From: Octopus sinensis
Lineage: Eukaryota
Reading direction: 5' to 3'
Assembly: GCF_006345805.1 (NCBI RefSeq)
Contig: NW_021836315.1
Coordinates: 15,151 to 79,150 of the forward strand
DNA: 64,000 nt
Both the position numbers and the translations under genes were made by a program. This document shows, in pieces, positions 1 to 11,748 of this stretch. The notes beneath the pieces were generated by a model that did no database searches, was not told where the DNA came from, and saw nothing but the letters and a program-made list of their open reading frames with translations. Positions within the stretch are counted from its first letter, which is position 1; every line of letters starts with the position of its first letter.

Positions 1-278
1 ATCAGTATCAGGGAGTGACTCTCATGGCTTTTCATCTTAACTAGCTGGAAGTGTTATCATGTACATTGTTTTGTCTTGGTCTAAGCGATGGTCTACAGCA
101 TAAATTCTGCTCAATACCATAGACTTACTTGTCAGTTGTTTGACCAAAACCAGTTGAGCTTGTCCCTTAGTGACTGATGATATGTGAATCTCTGATCACG
201 AGCAGAAGTAGTGGGGGAGCATCACAGCCGTGAGCATCACAGCTAGGAATTCTTTGGGGTTTGGAGACTCTTTCGAAA

Positions 279-354
279 TAACAGCAACAGCGACAACAAA
301 AACAACAACAACAATGATAATAATAACAGCAACAACAATAATAATAAAAATACC

Positions 355-392
<38 letters not shown>

Positions 393-530
393 TAACTACA
401 TCAACAATAACAAATTCGATTGCGATGATTTAAGAATGCAGTAATAATAGCAGCTGCAGGTGCAACAGAAGCAGCAGAAATAAAACTAGTAGCAGCAGTA
501 GCAGCAGCAGCAGTAGTAGCAGCAGCAGCT
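279..530. repeat. (AAC)n/(AAT)n then (AGC/AGT)n trinucleotide microsatellites
   Basis: Directly visible triplet arrays; they explain the poly-I/T ORF 230..433. Confidence 0.9.
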
Positions 531-1148
531 GCCAGAAAATCAGGTGAAGTTTGTGTAGTAGAAACACCATGACTTCAGACTTGTTTTGATAATCACTTGT
601 AAATTATGGCTTTGTGTATTCTCTTATACTCAAATATTGACAAATATAAATCATTAATGTCTTCAGAGATTGAAGAATAACAGTAATTCGCATAAGTACA
701 AGAAATATGCTTGCATACACCAGACGAGGCAAACTTAATAATACAAGCAAAGATATTGAATAATTACGTACATAGAAAAACGTACAAGAGTGAGCAGTGA
801 GAAATCTGTGAATACAGTCTATAATTCCCATTAGGAAAATAGTAAAATTTTCCACTGGTTTCCTTAAGAATGTCATTACTAAAAGACGAAATATGAAAAT
901 AAACTATGCTGAAATCCATTGTCAACAGAACTAATTCCAATTAAATATACGAACACCGACAGAACAATATACGCAGTGTAACCTATTTAAACGGAATCTG
1001 TAATAAGTTGTTTAAGTAAAACTTTGTAGTAACATTCCTGTTGCAACCAAACGTGTAACACTCGACAGGTGTATGAATTCCATGATGTCTCATTGCCTCA
1101 TGTTACTGGGAAATAACATAGAATATTATATGTTATAGGTGAAGATAG

Positions 1149-1650
1149 TGAAGGAGCAATGGCCCAGTGGTTAGGGCAGCGAACTCGCGGTCGTAGGATC
1201 ACGGTTTCGATTCCCAGACCAGACATTGTGACTATTTATTGAGTGAAAACGCCTAAAGCTCCACGAAGCTCCGGGAGGGGTGGTGGTGAACCCTGCTGTA
1301 CTCATTCACCACAACTTTCTCTCACTCTTTCTTCCTGTTTGTGTTGTACCTGTATTTCAAAGGGCCAGCCTTGTCACACTCTGTTTCACGCTGAATTTCC
1401 CCAAGAACTACGTTACGGGTACACGTGTCTGTGGAGTGCTCAGCCACTTGCACGTTAATAGATTAGCTGCAAAGCCAATGGTGCCAAGCTGTATCTACCT
1501 TTGCCTTTCCCTTGGGTAACATCGGTGCCGTGGAGAGGGGAGGATGGTATGCGTGGCCGACTGCTGGTCTTCGATAAACAACCTTGCCCAGACTTGTGAC
1601 ACGGAGGGTAACTTTCTAGGTGTAATCCCATGGTCATTCGTGATCAAAGT
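1149..1650 (+). mobile_element. tRNA-derived SINE, family C, with alternative 3' tail
   Basis: Head GCAATGGCCCAGTGGTTAGGGCAGC...GGTTTCGATTCCC (A/B-box-like) and body match the copies at 13717, 31828 and 37167 up to CACGTTAAT (~1459), then diverge into a different ~190-nt tail. Confidence 0.85.
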
Positions 1651-2075
1651 GTGTCACAATACGTGAAAATAATTGCTTTAAGCTATGATCTATTGTATAT
1701 ATGATGGCTTTAGAGAGTTTTTAGAGGGGTAGATTAAATTAACTACCTTGTTTATTTAGGCCCTGTGCGTTTTGAGTTCAAATCCTCTTAATATCCACGG
1801 TCTATAAATGAAGTAGCGGTCAAAGGTAAATAGAGTATCTTCTCCCTTACATTGACTGGTACAATAACATGCATTATCTGAACCGTCTATTTTTATTCTA
1901 TTTTTATTGTCAGGTTCCACAAAATAGAGCGAAAAGCGCCTTCCAATGACCTAAGTCTCATGCCTAAAAAATGTGAAAGCGAAGCGATAAGAAGTATATT
2001 TACCTCAACACACAGAGACCAAACACACCACTACATATATAGATATATATATATATAGATATATATATTATAATA

Positions 2076-2444
2076 CTAGCAAGTATCGCCCGGCGTTGCT
2101 CGGGTTGTAAGGGAATAACTATAAAGCATTTTAGAGAGTTATAGCCAAAAAATGGAAAAAAATGATGGTAATTTCTTTTTTAGTTAAAAAGGTCGAGTTG
2201 CGTCCCCTAGACAGTCTGTGGTTTGTGTTTCTGATTCTCGACCCCATGTCGAATTTATCGATTTTTTTTCAAACTGGGGGAACTTTTCAAAATTTTCGCT
2301 GCGTTAGTTTTGAATTATGACATTGGGCTATGTGTGTGTCAAGTTTTCATCAGAATCGGTTGAAAGCCATGGTCAGGGTGAGGGTACAACCTAACAGACA
2401 CACAGAAACACACACAGACAAACTGCCGTTTATATATAGAGAGA
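2076..2444 (-). mobile_element. Non-autonomous Helitron
   Basis: Minus strand starts A|TCTCTCTATATATAA and ends with hairpin CCCGAGCAACGCCGGG then CTAG|T. No TSD; inserted between A and T. 3' end shared with four other copies in the window. Confidence 0.85.
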
Positions 2445-2676
2445 TATATATAAATTCAGGGTGAATACTTGATAAATGTAAGCACCTGTATATGCCAGCT
2501 AGTAGTTTTCCACTATTGAATGGGAAAACTGTATGGACGGATTTTTGGAGTCCAATAATACCCTGTACAACTATTTGATTATGAAGATTTACAAACATAC
2601 TTTCTATAAATAATACCAAATGTTCTTTCTCAGACCTTTCAGAATGTGCTACAAGTCTTTGGTGTAGCAATTGCAT

Positions 2677-2768
2677 GCGGCTGAAGAGGGCTGTAAACTA
2701 TCTGTTATGTCGATCATACATTGATGTAAGAATAAGTTGTTTTATAAAGCTCGAAACATGTGTACCCC
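2677..2768 (+). ncRNA. Hammerhead-ribozyme-like motif with long stem II
   Basis: CTGAAGA (2681-87), stem II GGGCT/AGCTC closing a ~65-nt imperfect hairpin, GAAA (2753-56), stem III ACA/TGT, cleavage triplet GTA (2762-64). Stem I (GCGG/CCCC) is weak. Confidence 0.55.
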
Positions 2769-2779
2769 TGGCCAGATCC

Positions 2780-4710
2780 TAGCGGTGATCTTTTTCGCGG
2801 GCGCTTGTCAGCGTGCATTGGAGCGGTTCAACTTCTCCAGGCGCCAACGCCGCCTCACAACATCTCCCCGGCTGAGCTCTTGGCTCTTCGTTCCCTCAAC
2901 GGCGCGCTGACATTATCATCAAACCGGCTGACAAGGGTGGAGCTGTAGTGGTGTGGCGCGCGGACCTCTATAGGGCCGAGGCTTTCCGCCAACTCAATGA
3001 CCCTCCTTCTATTCCCCTCTGCCCTCTAACCCCACACGTAGCTACCAACAGACGGTATCCTCTACTGTCCAAGACCTCATCTCGTCCTCCCGTCTACCCC
3101 GCACCCGCACCGCATCCAACCTAATTGTGCGAACCCCCACGTACCCCCACACATTTACTTCCTCCCCAAAATCCACAAACAAACCCAACCACCCTGGCCG
3201 CCCCATCGTCTCCGCCTGTAACTGCCCCACGGAGCTCATATCTAAATACCTCGACCGTGTCCTTGCCCCCCCTGGTGGCATCTCTTCCCTCCCACATCCA
3301 CGATACCAACCATGCTCTCCGGCTTTTCAACTCTTTCTCCTTTCCTCCCGGCTCCTCCAAATCCTTTTTACTATGGACATCCCAAGCCTCTATACTGTTA
3401 TCCCTCACCACGAAGGACTGCAGGCCCTTCGACACTTTCTTGACCTCCGCTCTAACCTGTACCCTGACACCTCCACACTCATTCGTCTGGCCGAACTTGT
3501 CCTTACTCTGAACTGCTTCTCGTTCGCGGGCGAGTTCTACCATCAGGTCTCGGAGTGGCAATGGGAACGCGAATGGGCCCCAACTATGCGAACCTGTTCG
3601 TTGGCTATGTTGAGGCCCAAATATCTCTCTAATTTCTCACTGTTCCCACTCCTGAACTATATGGTCGTTACATCGACGACATTATCGGTGCCACCCGTCA
3701 CTCTCCCGCGAACATCTAGATTCTTCCTCCTTTCGTCCAATCTTTCATCCAGCCCTCCACTTCACTTCCACTATCTCCAACACCTCTGTCTCTTCCTCGA
3801 CATTTCGTTAGCATTCTTCACTCCCTCCTTACCACCCTCCATTCACTACAAACACACAGACTCACACTCATACCTCAACTTCTCTTCCTCCCACCCCACA
3901 CACCAAGCTTTCCATCCCCTATTCCCATTTCCTCCGTCTACGTAGGCTCTGTAGTGACGACCATGACTTTGAGACTCATTCTCAACGTATGGCTCACACT
4001 TCACCCTACGTGGATACCACCCTCACCACTATCCACACCGCCCTTCCAGAGCACGGTCCGTGGATCGTGTATCTGCTCTCTCTCCCCGAACCCGCCCTGT
4101 AGTCTCCCGCCTCCCTTTTCCCCCACTTACCACCCCACGACCCTACGTCTCCAACGCACCATTCTTCGAGCTTTCCGTCATCTCCAGTCCGACCCGTCCA
4201 CTTCACACCTCTTCCCTAACCGACCCCTCCCCCTGCCCAACGAGCCCACAACCTTCGAGACCTTTTGTCCATAGCTCCTTCCCTGGCCCTACCCTCCCAA
4301 CCCGGCTCGTTCCCCTGCTCCCGCCCACGTTGCCGCACTTGCCCTTACCTCTCCAACACCACCCGCCTCACTAGCACCCCCCATCGACCCTATCCCATCA
4401 TCCACTCCTTCACCTGCACCCTCCAGCAATATTATCTATGCATCTCTTGCTCTCTCTGCAACTCCTTGTACATCGGACAAACGGGACGCCGCTTGGCTGA
4501 CCGGTTTCGTGGAACACCTTCGTGACATCCACCTTGCGAACGACACACCGTCTCACGCCATTCCCGCTCCACCGGTCACTCCTTGCAACACCTATCTGTG
4601 TTCGGTTTGTCCTTACACAGAGGCCATCCGGATTCCCGTTTGCGCCGTGAACAAGAATTAATCTTCTCTCTTCGCTCTTATACGCCATTTGTGGTCTCAA
4701 CTCTCCCCCC
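2780..4710 (+). pseudogene. Penelope-like element (Neptune-type) RT + GIY-YIG endonuclease ORF, 5'-truncated, frameshifted
   Basis: Across frames: DIIIKPADKGGAVVVW, LPKIHK, GRPIVSACNCPTE, MDIPSLYTVIP, GVAMGTRMGPNYANLF, RYIDD, FLDI, YKHTDSHSYL, FLRLRRLCS, Cys linker CSRPRCRTC, then SLYIGQTGRRLADRF and EQELIFSL. Confidence 0.95.
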
Positions 4711-4960
4711 CTCCTCATCTAACCCACCCTTCCCCCTCCTCACCTATCCTTTCTCCCCCCCGAACCCTACTTCTTCGTCCTTCATCCTTTCACCCCTACT
4801 CCCCTTCCCTTCTTCCCTCTTTCTCCCTCCCTCTTCCCCTTCCCTCTGCTCCTCTCTCCCCTTCCTTCTCCCCCATCCTCCTCTCCTCTTCCCCCTTCTC
4901 CCCCCTTCTTCCCCTCCCCTTCTCTCCCCCTCTTCTCCCCCCTCCCCCCCCTTCCTTTTC
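4710..4960 (+). repeat. Polypyrimidine (C/T) low-complexity tract in PLE 3' region
   Basis: About 250 nt almost purely C/T; explains the Pro/Ser-rich and Gly/Glu/Arg-rich ORFs here. Confidence 0.9.
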
Positions 4961-5004
4961 TCACTACACCACATGACTTTACACATCACATCACATATGA
5001 TGTG

Positions 5005-5340
5005 CCATACTAATACACACACACCACTATACATACTAATACGTACTAATACTTACTAGTACATACTAATACTTACACCAACCCTATACATACACACGTC
5101 CCAGACCCCCATACGCACTTATACTCTCTCACACACACACACACCTATACATACCAATACGTACTAATACATACTAATACATACTAATACATACACCAAC
5201 CCCATACATACGCACGTCCAGACCAATCCTACGCACTAATACTCTCTCATACACACACACCACACACACACACACACCCTTATACATACTAATACATACA
5301 CCAACCCTATACATACACACATCCAGAACCCTCCCACGCA
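5005..5340 (+). repeat. Compound minisatellite in PLE 3' region
   Basis: CATACTAATA sub-repeats inside about three larger units containing CAACCCTATACATACACACGTCCAGACC-like sequence (~5078, ~5196, ~5301). Confidence 0.8.
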
Positions 5341-5439
5341 CTTTTAGCTGGTCCCTCAACCCTTTTATCACCCTATTATCTCCCCTTATTTCGCTCTCGC
5401 GTCTCATGTTTGATCTTTGACCTCTGGCCGAAATCAGAT

Positions 5440-5647
5440 CGCCATGTTGATTCGTTAGCTACTGCACGCATTTTTTTTTCCTCCTTCTTTCTGTGTTTTT
5501 CTCTCTCTGTTATCTTTCTGTTGAAGAGCGTAGGCTCGAAACGTTAAAGACTTGTTTTATTTAATTCCTGAGCGCCATACTAATACAATTGTTCGTTTGT
5601 TTTTCCCACCTGCCTTCGTCTTTTGTTTATTTTCATAAAGCTTCCCG

Positions 5648-5648
<1 letters not shown>
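5440..5648 (+). mobile_element. Penelope pseudo-LTR (3' terminus) ending in a (TA)n array
   Basis: Follows the PLE ORF, contains a hammerhead motif, and is homologous to the solo copy at 45138-45311 (-). Confidence 0.8.
5513..5550 (+). ncRNA. Minimal type I hammerhead ribozyme variant (core CUGUUGA)
   Basis: Stem I TCTTT/AAAGA; CTGTTGA plus an extra A; stem II GAGC-GTAG-GCTC; GAAA; palindromic AACGTT; triplet GTT. Minimal HHRs in PLE pLTRs are established. Confidence 0.75.
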
Positions 5649-5680
<32 letters not shown>

Positions 5681-5921
5681 ATATATGTGTGTGTATATGT
5701 ATTATGTATATATATGTATATATATAATATATATGTGTATATGTATGTATGTATATTATATATATGTGTGTGTGTATTGTATTATTGTTATATATATATA
5801 TATATATATATTGTGTGTGTTGTATATAATATATTATATAATATATATATATATTGTGTATAAGTATGTTGTATATATATATATATTATATTATAATATA
5901 TATATATGTGTGTATATGTAG

Positions 5922-5956
<35 letters not shown>

Positions 5957-6526
5957 ATATGTATGTATGTATATATATATATATATTGTGTATATTTGTA
6001 TGTATTTATATATATATATATATATATATATGGTGTATATGTATGTATATATATATATATATGTGTTATATGTATGTATGTATATATATATATATGTGTG
6101 TATATGTATGTATGTATATATATTATATATAATATATATATAATATGTATATGTCGGTATATATATATATATATGTGTATATGTATGTATAGATATATAT
6201 ATATATGTGTGTGTATATGTATGTATATATATATATATGTGTGTATATGTATGTATATATATATATATATATATAATATTATATGTATGTGTATGTATAT
6301 ATATATGTGTATATTATGTATGTGTATATATATATATAATATGTGTATATGTATGTATCTATATATATATATATATCTATATATGTGTATATGTATGTAT
6401 CTATATATATATATATAATAATATTATGTGTATATGTATGTATGTATATATATAATATATATATATATATATGTGGTATATGTATGTATGTATATCTATA
6501 TATATATATAATATGTGTATATGTAT

Positions 6527-6563
<37 letters not shown>

Positions 6564-6851
6564 TATATATGTATATGTATATGTATGTTCTATATATATA
6601 ATATGTATATGTATGTATCTATATATATAATTATTATCTATATATATATATATATATATTCTATCAAAGTATCAAAGTATCAAGTATATATGTGTATATG
6701 TATGTATGTATATATATATATATTATATATATATATGTGTGTATATGTTATTATGGATTTTATGTATGTATAATATATATATATATATATATGTGTGTGT
6801 ATATGTATGTATGTATATATATATATATAATATATATGTTGTATATGTATG

Positions 6852-6886
<35 letters not shown>

Positions 6887-7005
6887 ATATGTAGTATGTA
6901 TAATATCTATATATATATTATATAATATATATATGTATATGTATGTATGTATATATATATATAGATATATATATGTGTGTATGTATGTATGTATATATAT
7001 ATATA
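5648..7005. repeat. Large (TA)n/(TATG)n/(TG)n compound microsatellite
   Basis: Directly visible. Confidence 0.95.
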
Positions 7006-8129
7006 CTCGTCTGTATATTTAAGTAGCTGGAGACTATAGTTCTTCGCAATATATATATATAGCCAAAAATAATTTTTAATGAATTGCGATTATGACCGTT
7101 TTGAGAAGAAAATCCATTAGTCTTAATAGAAATTATGAAGACGCCTATCTTCCACAAATGAATTATGTATTGTTAAGTCTCCGCATTCGATTCGGGCTTA
7201 TTGGGAACATGCTATGAAAGAAATTTTTGTATTGTATGAACACTTTAAGGATGCTGTTTTAAAGTTGATATATAACTTTTAAATAAGTCAAATAAATACT
7301 TTTTTCCATAATGTAGAATTGTAATCCATAATTTGGAGGCACATATAATGTGTTTCCTTTATGCAAATTATCAATTTGCAAAAATGGCAACAATTATTAT
7401 TAAGCATTATACATTATTATGTATAATATTATACATTCTTTGGCAACGTATTTATGAGTAAAATTTCAGTAATTATCAGCGTGTCAAACGCAAGATGTTT
7501 TTGTTTACTATTTTACTTGTTATTTAATGTAACACCGGCCTCAGGTGGTAAGTAATACTCTTTCGATTGATTAAAATCTGAAGGAGGGAACACTACATAC
7601 ATAAATACACATTAGCCAACGTAACTCTAGATATATTTGAAAGCTGAAGCGTTTCATTAGAACATCAATGATTTTGAATTTCAACCTTGATATTTGAATT
7701 GCAACCAGCATAATTATGACAGTTTATTTTATATGAAACATGTAATATCAGATACGGAGATAATTAACACTTATGCGTTATATATATATATATTATATTA
7801 AATTTATATATATATAAATATATAATGGTACTAATTTTGTGTACTTAAATGTAGATATTATGGAAATAAACACCTTATTAGCTTATTAAATGTGATAAAT
7901 TCCTGCAAGCTACAAAGGAACTTGTATTCAGTGACATTCATTTTTAAGGGGAAACCTAATTTATACTTTGTGAACTTATTTATATTGGCAATTAAGTTAT
8001 TCTCCTATTTTCCATTGCTTCATATTGTATTTATTTGGAATTGTTGTAGCTATGCGTATATCTGGAAATATCATCATATAACGACACCTTCAATAGAATG
8101 TAAACGAGTAAGTTATATTCGAACGTTTA

Positions 8130-8400
8130 TGTATACATACATATATATATATATATATATACATATATACATATATATATATATATACATACATATATAA
8201 TAAATATATATATATATATAATAAATATATATATATAAAGTTATATATATACAGTGTGTGTATGTATACTTATGTATGTATATATATATATATATAATTA
8301 TTATATATATACAGGTGTGTGTATGTATAATTATGTATATGTATATATAGTATATATCTATATATATATATATATATGTGTGTGTGTGGTGTGTGTGTGT
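8130..8400. repeat. (TA)n/(TG)n microsatellite
   Basis: Directly visible. Confidence 0.9.
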
Positions 8401-9188
8401 ATTTGTGCAAATCAATGATTGCCACCCATTAAATACTAACAAATACATCAGTTAAGTTAATGCTTGATGAGAACATGGATTCGCGGAGGGACCTACTTTT
8501 AAGCATCGCGATTTTTGAGGAGGATCGAACCACCCCTTAGTCATTATTTCTCCCTAACCCTCTCTAACGCAGATCAGTAGCCCTTGTCAGGGTCACAATT
8601 ATGGGTGAATTATCATATTAGTGTTTGCATAGCTATGTATGTGAAGACCAGATCCGGTTGACTCTGCAGAAGAAACCTTCAGGGTTCAACATACTTAAAG
8701 GGCTGCTGCAGTAATACATTGCACGATGGAGAAAAAAACCAGTCAAGCAGAACTCGGTCATTCAATGCGTTACTGTCCATGCACGGTCTCCTTGAGCTGG
8801 TTTTCCACTGGATTAAAGATGGACACGCATGAGTGAGTATGTTTAACGTTGTTTAACTCTTGTCCAATTTGAATAAATTCACGGCGCAAGTCATCAGTCA
8901 AACTTAAGGATATCTCGATGGCCCTCAACGTTTAGACGGACGTTCATGGTACTGTAGATATCAGTATATTCATGTTTATTGCGGAGGAAATACAGCAAGT
9001 GTAACACCACTTGAAACGGCTTCCGAGACTGATAGAAGAGGACTTATCCTGACAATGGAAACAAGGCTCAAACACGTGCAACTGATAAAACTTTGCTAAA
9101 GAGACACAAGGCTTGCTGTTAATGTTAAAACATCAATGAGATATTATGTTCCTTTGAAATATTATATTTCTTTGAAATATGTTTCTCT

Positions 9189-9214
9189 ATTATTATTATT
9201 ACTATTATCATCAC

Positions 9215-9262
<48 letters not shown>

Positions 9263-9426
9263 TATTATTATTATTATTATTGTTGTTATTACTGTTATTG
9301 TTATTATTATTATCATTATTATTATTGTTATTATTATTATCATTATTATTATTGTTATTATTATCATTATTATTATCATTATCATTATTATCATCAACAT
9401 CATAACTATTATTATCATTATTATCA

Positions 9427-9457
<31 letters not shown>

Positions 9458-9581
9458 TATTATAATTATTGTCATTATTATTATCATTATTATTATTATT
9501 ATCATTATTATTATTATTATTATTATTATTAATAATATTATTATCATTATTATCATTATTATTAATATTATTATTATCGTT

Positions 9582-9637
<56 letters not shown>

Positions 9638-9651
9638 TATTATTATTATCA
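9189..9651. repeat. (ATT)n/(ATC)n trinucleotide array
   Basis: Directly visible; source of the poly-N/D, poly-I/M, poly-L/S and poly-Y ORFs. Confidence 0.95.
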
Positions 9652-9949
9652 TATTGTGAAATATATACAATCGAAGTTGTATTATTTTCTGTTAAGATCA
9701 ATAACAATTGTTTTCTCTACATCGGCTCATTTGCAATTAAATATTGTTAAGTTCAATAACGAACGGTTGATTATGATTCTCATACACATGGCGTAGCTAT
9801 CATTTTATTCCCTTCCGATGTTCAAATAGCTTTCACCTTTCAAGTGAGATCAAGGGCATATGAAAGATGTGGATGCAAATTTGGTGATATTTGATATAAT
9901 CCGCCATTGTTGAAATAACGGCCAATAAATATAATGTATGTCTGCTTAC

Positions 9950-10040
9950 CTATCAGTTCTTTCGCTTATCTCTGAAACCCTGTTACAGAACTTTGGAAGC
10001 ATGCTCTTGTAATTCGCTGCACAAATGAAATCTTCAAGTT
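9950..10040 (-). CDS. Candidate internal exon of unidentified host gene
   Basis: Minus strand ttccttag|...GATAG|gtaagc; 91 nt open as xLEDFICAANYKSMLPKFCNRVSEISERTDx. No homology recognised. Confidence 0.3.
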
Positions 10041-10356
10041 CTAAGGAAGCCTTTCTACAACGTTAGATATTCCCATACAATTATTATCATGCACTCCTGA
10101 CAGCATATGAGATTCTGATATAGAATCCTTCGATTATTTTCACTTTTCTCTTTGTATATAGTATCAGCAATCGTTAAGTCCATGCAAACAGATATCAAAC
10201 CCCAGAAATATTAATGAAATTTTGGATTCCACTCTCTTTTTAAAAGCGTAGAAAATAGGCTTTGTATCCGTTGAATACTTAAAAGGACAAAAACCAATAA
10301 TGTCTTGAATTTTAATAATGTTAAACATAAGAAAACATACATCCTGTTATATACCA

Positions 10357-10779
10357 CAAGGCGGCGAGCTGGTAGAAACGTTAGCACGCCGGGCGATATT
10401 CGTAGCCGTATTTCGTCTGTCGTTACGTTCCGAGTTCAAATTCCGCCGAGCAAGGCGGCGAGCTGGTAGAAGCGTTAGCACGCCGGGCGAAATTCGTAGC
10501 CGTATTTCGTCTGTCATTACGCTCCGAGTTCAAATTCCGCCGAGCAAGGCGGCGAGCTTGTAGAAACTTTAGCACGCCGGGCGAAATTCGTAGCCGTATG
10601 TCGTCTGTCGGTTACGTTCCGAGTTCAAATTCCGCCGAGGTCGACTTTGCCTTTCATCCTTTCGGGATCGATAAATTAAGTACCAATTACGCACTGGGGT
10701 CGATGTAATCGACTTAATTCGTTTGTCTGTCCTTGTTTGTCCCATCTGTGTTTAGCCTCTTGTGGGTAGTAAAGAAATA
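10357..10779 (+). mobile_element. SINE family B (Deu/Nin-like central domain) with triplicated 94-bp head
   Basis: Head units start at 10357, 10451 and 10545; core GCCTTTCATCCTTTCGGGATCGATAAATTAAGTACC; 9-bp TSD TATATACCA at 10348-56 and 10780-88. Confidence 0.9.
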
Positions 10780-11333
10780 TATATACCAGTTCAACCATCA
10801 TGAATAACACTGAATTAATGGAATATTAGAATCCACGCATTGAAATACAAACGCAAGCATGCAATCGCAAGTCACCGCCAACAATAGCATACATAATAAA
10901 ATGTGCGATTGAAAATCTTTCAGGGGAAATGTGTAGCTTTAATTTAGTTTAGATCACTAACTGGCATACATCCTGTGTACATATCTGAAACACTTTTCCC
11001 AAGTCAATTTATCATTATGCTGATAGGATTACAAACCAGATTTTTCCTGATAGAGAGTTATTCTTGCAATGATTATTGAAATTAATAGGAACTCTACTGA
11101 CTTCATAAATAACATCAATCTCTGGGCTATGTAACACAATGCAATTCATAATTCGTCTAGATTTGCTTAAAGTTCTTCAACCTCTCTTTGGCCACAAGAT
11201 TCAAAGTTGTATCTGAAAAGAAAATGTTTGATGGTATTTTATATACATCATTCCAATGATGAAATCTGATGAAACTGCTTCCCACTGCTTCTTTGTATTT
11301 CTGGCGCTAAGTCGGTATTCATTTTATTAATTA

Positions 11334-11748
11334 CTAGCAGTATCGCCCGGCGTTGCTCGGGTTTGTAAGGGAAATAACTATATAAGAATTTTAGAGAGTT
11401 ATAGCCAAAAGATAGCAAAAAAAATGCATTAAAAATGGGAAAAAAATGATGGTAATTTTTTTTTAAATCGTTGACTCATCGCAGACATTTTTAGAGAGTT
11501 ACTTCCCTTATGTAATAGCGAAAAAAATGCATTAAAATGGAAAAAATTATGGTAATTTGTTTTTTAAATTGTAGACTCATCGTAGACGCGCGCTGATACC
11601 CAGAAGGGTTCGATATGAATCACGACTATAAGATACCCGGTTTTGCTTAAACTGCACCGCAAAATGTGGGTGTAGTTAGGAATCTAAATCGTGGGAGACA
11701 GACACACAACTTCACTTTTATATATAAAGACAGTTTTATATATAGAGA
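11334..11748 (-). mobile_element. Non-autonomous Helitron with two stacked 5' termini
   Basis: CTAG plus hairpin at 11334-11361; 5' TC-(TA)n starts at 11730 and again at 11748. Confidence 0.85.

Noticed and set aside
170-215. CTGATGA suggesting a hammerhead core
   Set aside because: No stem II followed by GAAA and no stem I/III pairing found. Region 1-270 may be an unclassified repeat but cannot be supported from this window.
8600-9110. Less AT-rich stretch that could be a decayed LINE or an exon
   Set aside because: No recognisable motif or sustained open frame.
9125-9750. Poly-Asn/Asp, poly-Ile/Met, poly-Leu/Ser and poly-Tyr ORFs
   Set aside because: Pure trinucleotide array open in several frames; no coding context.
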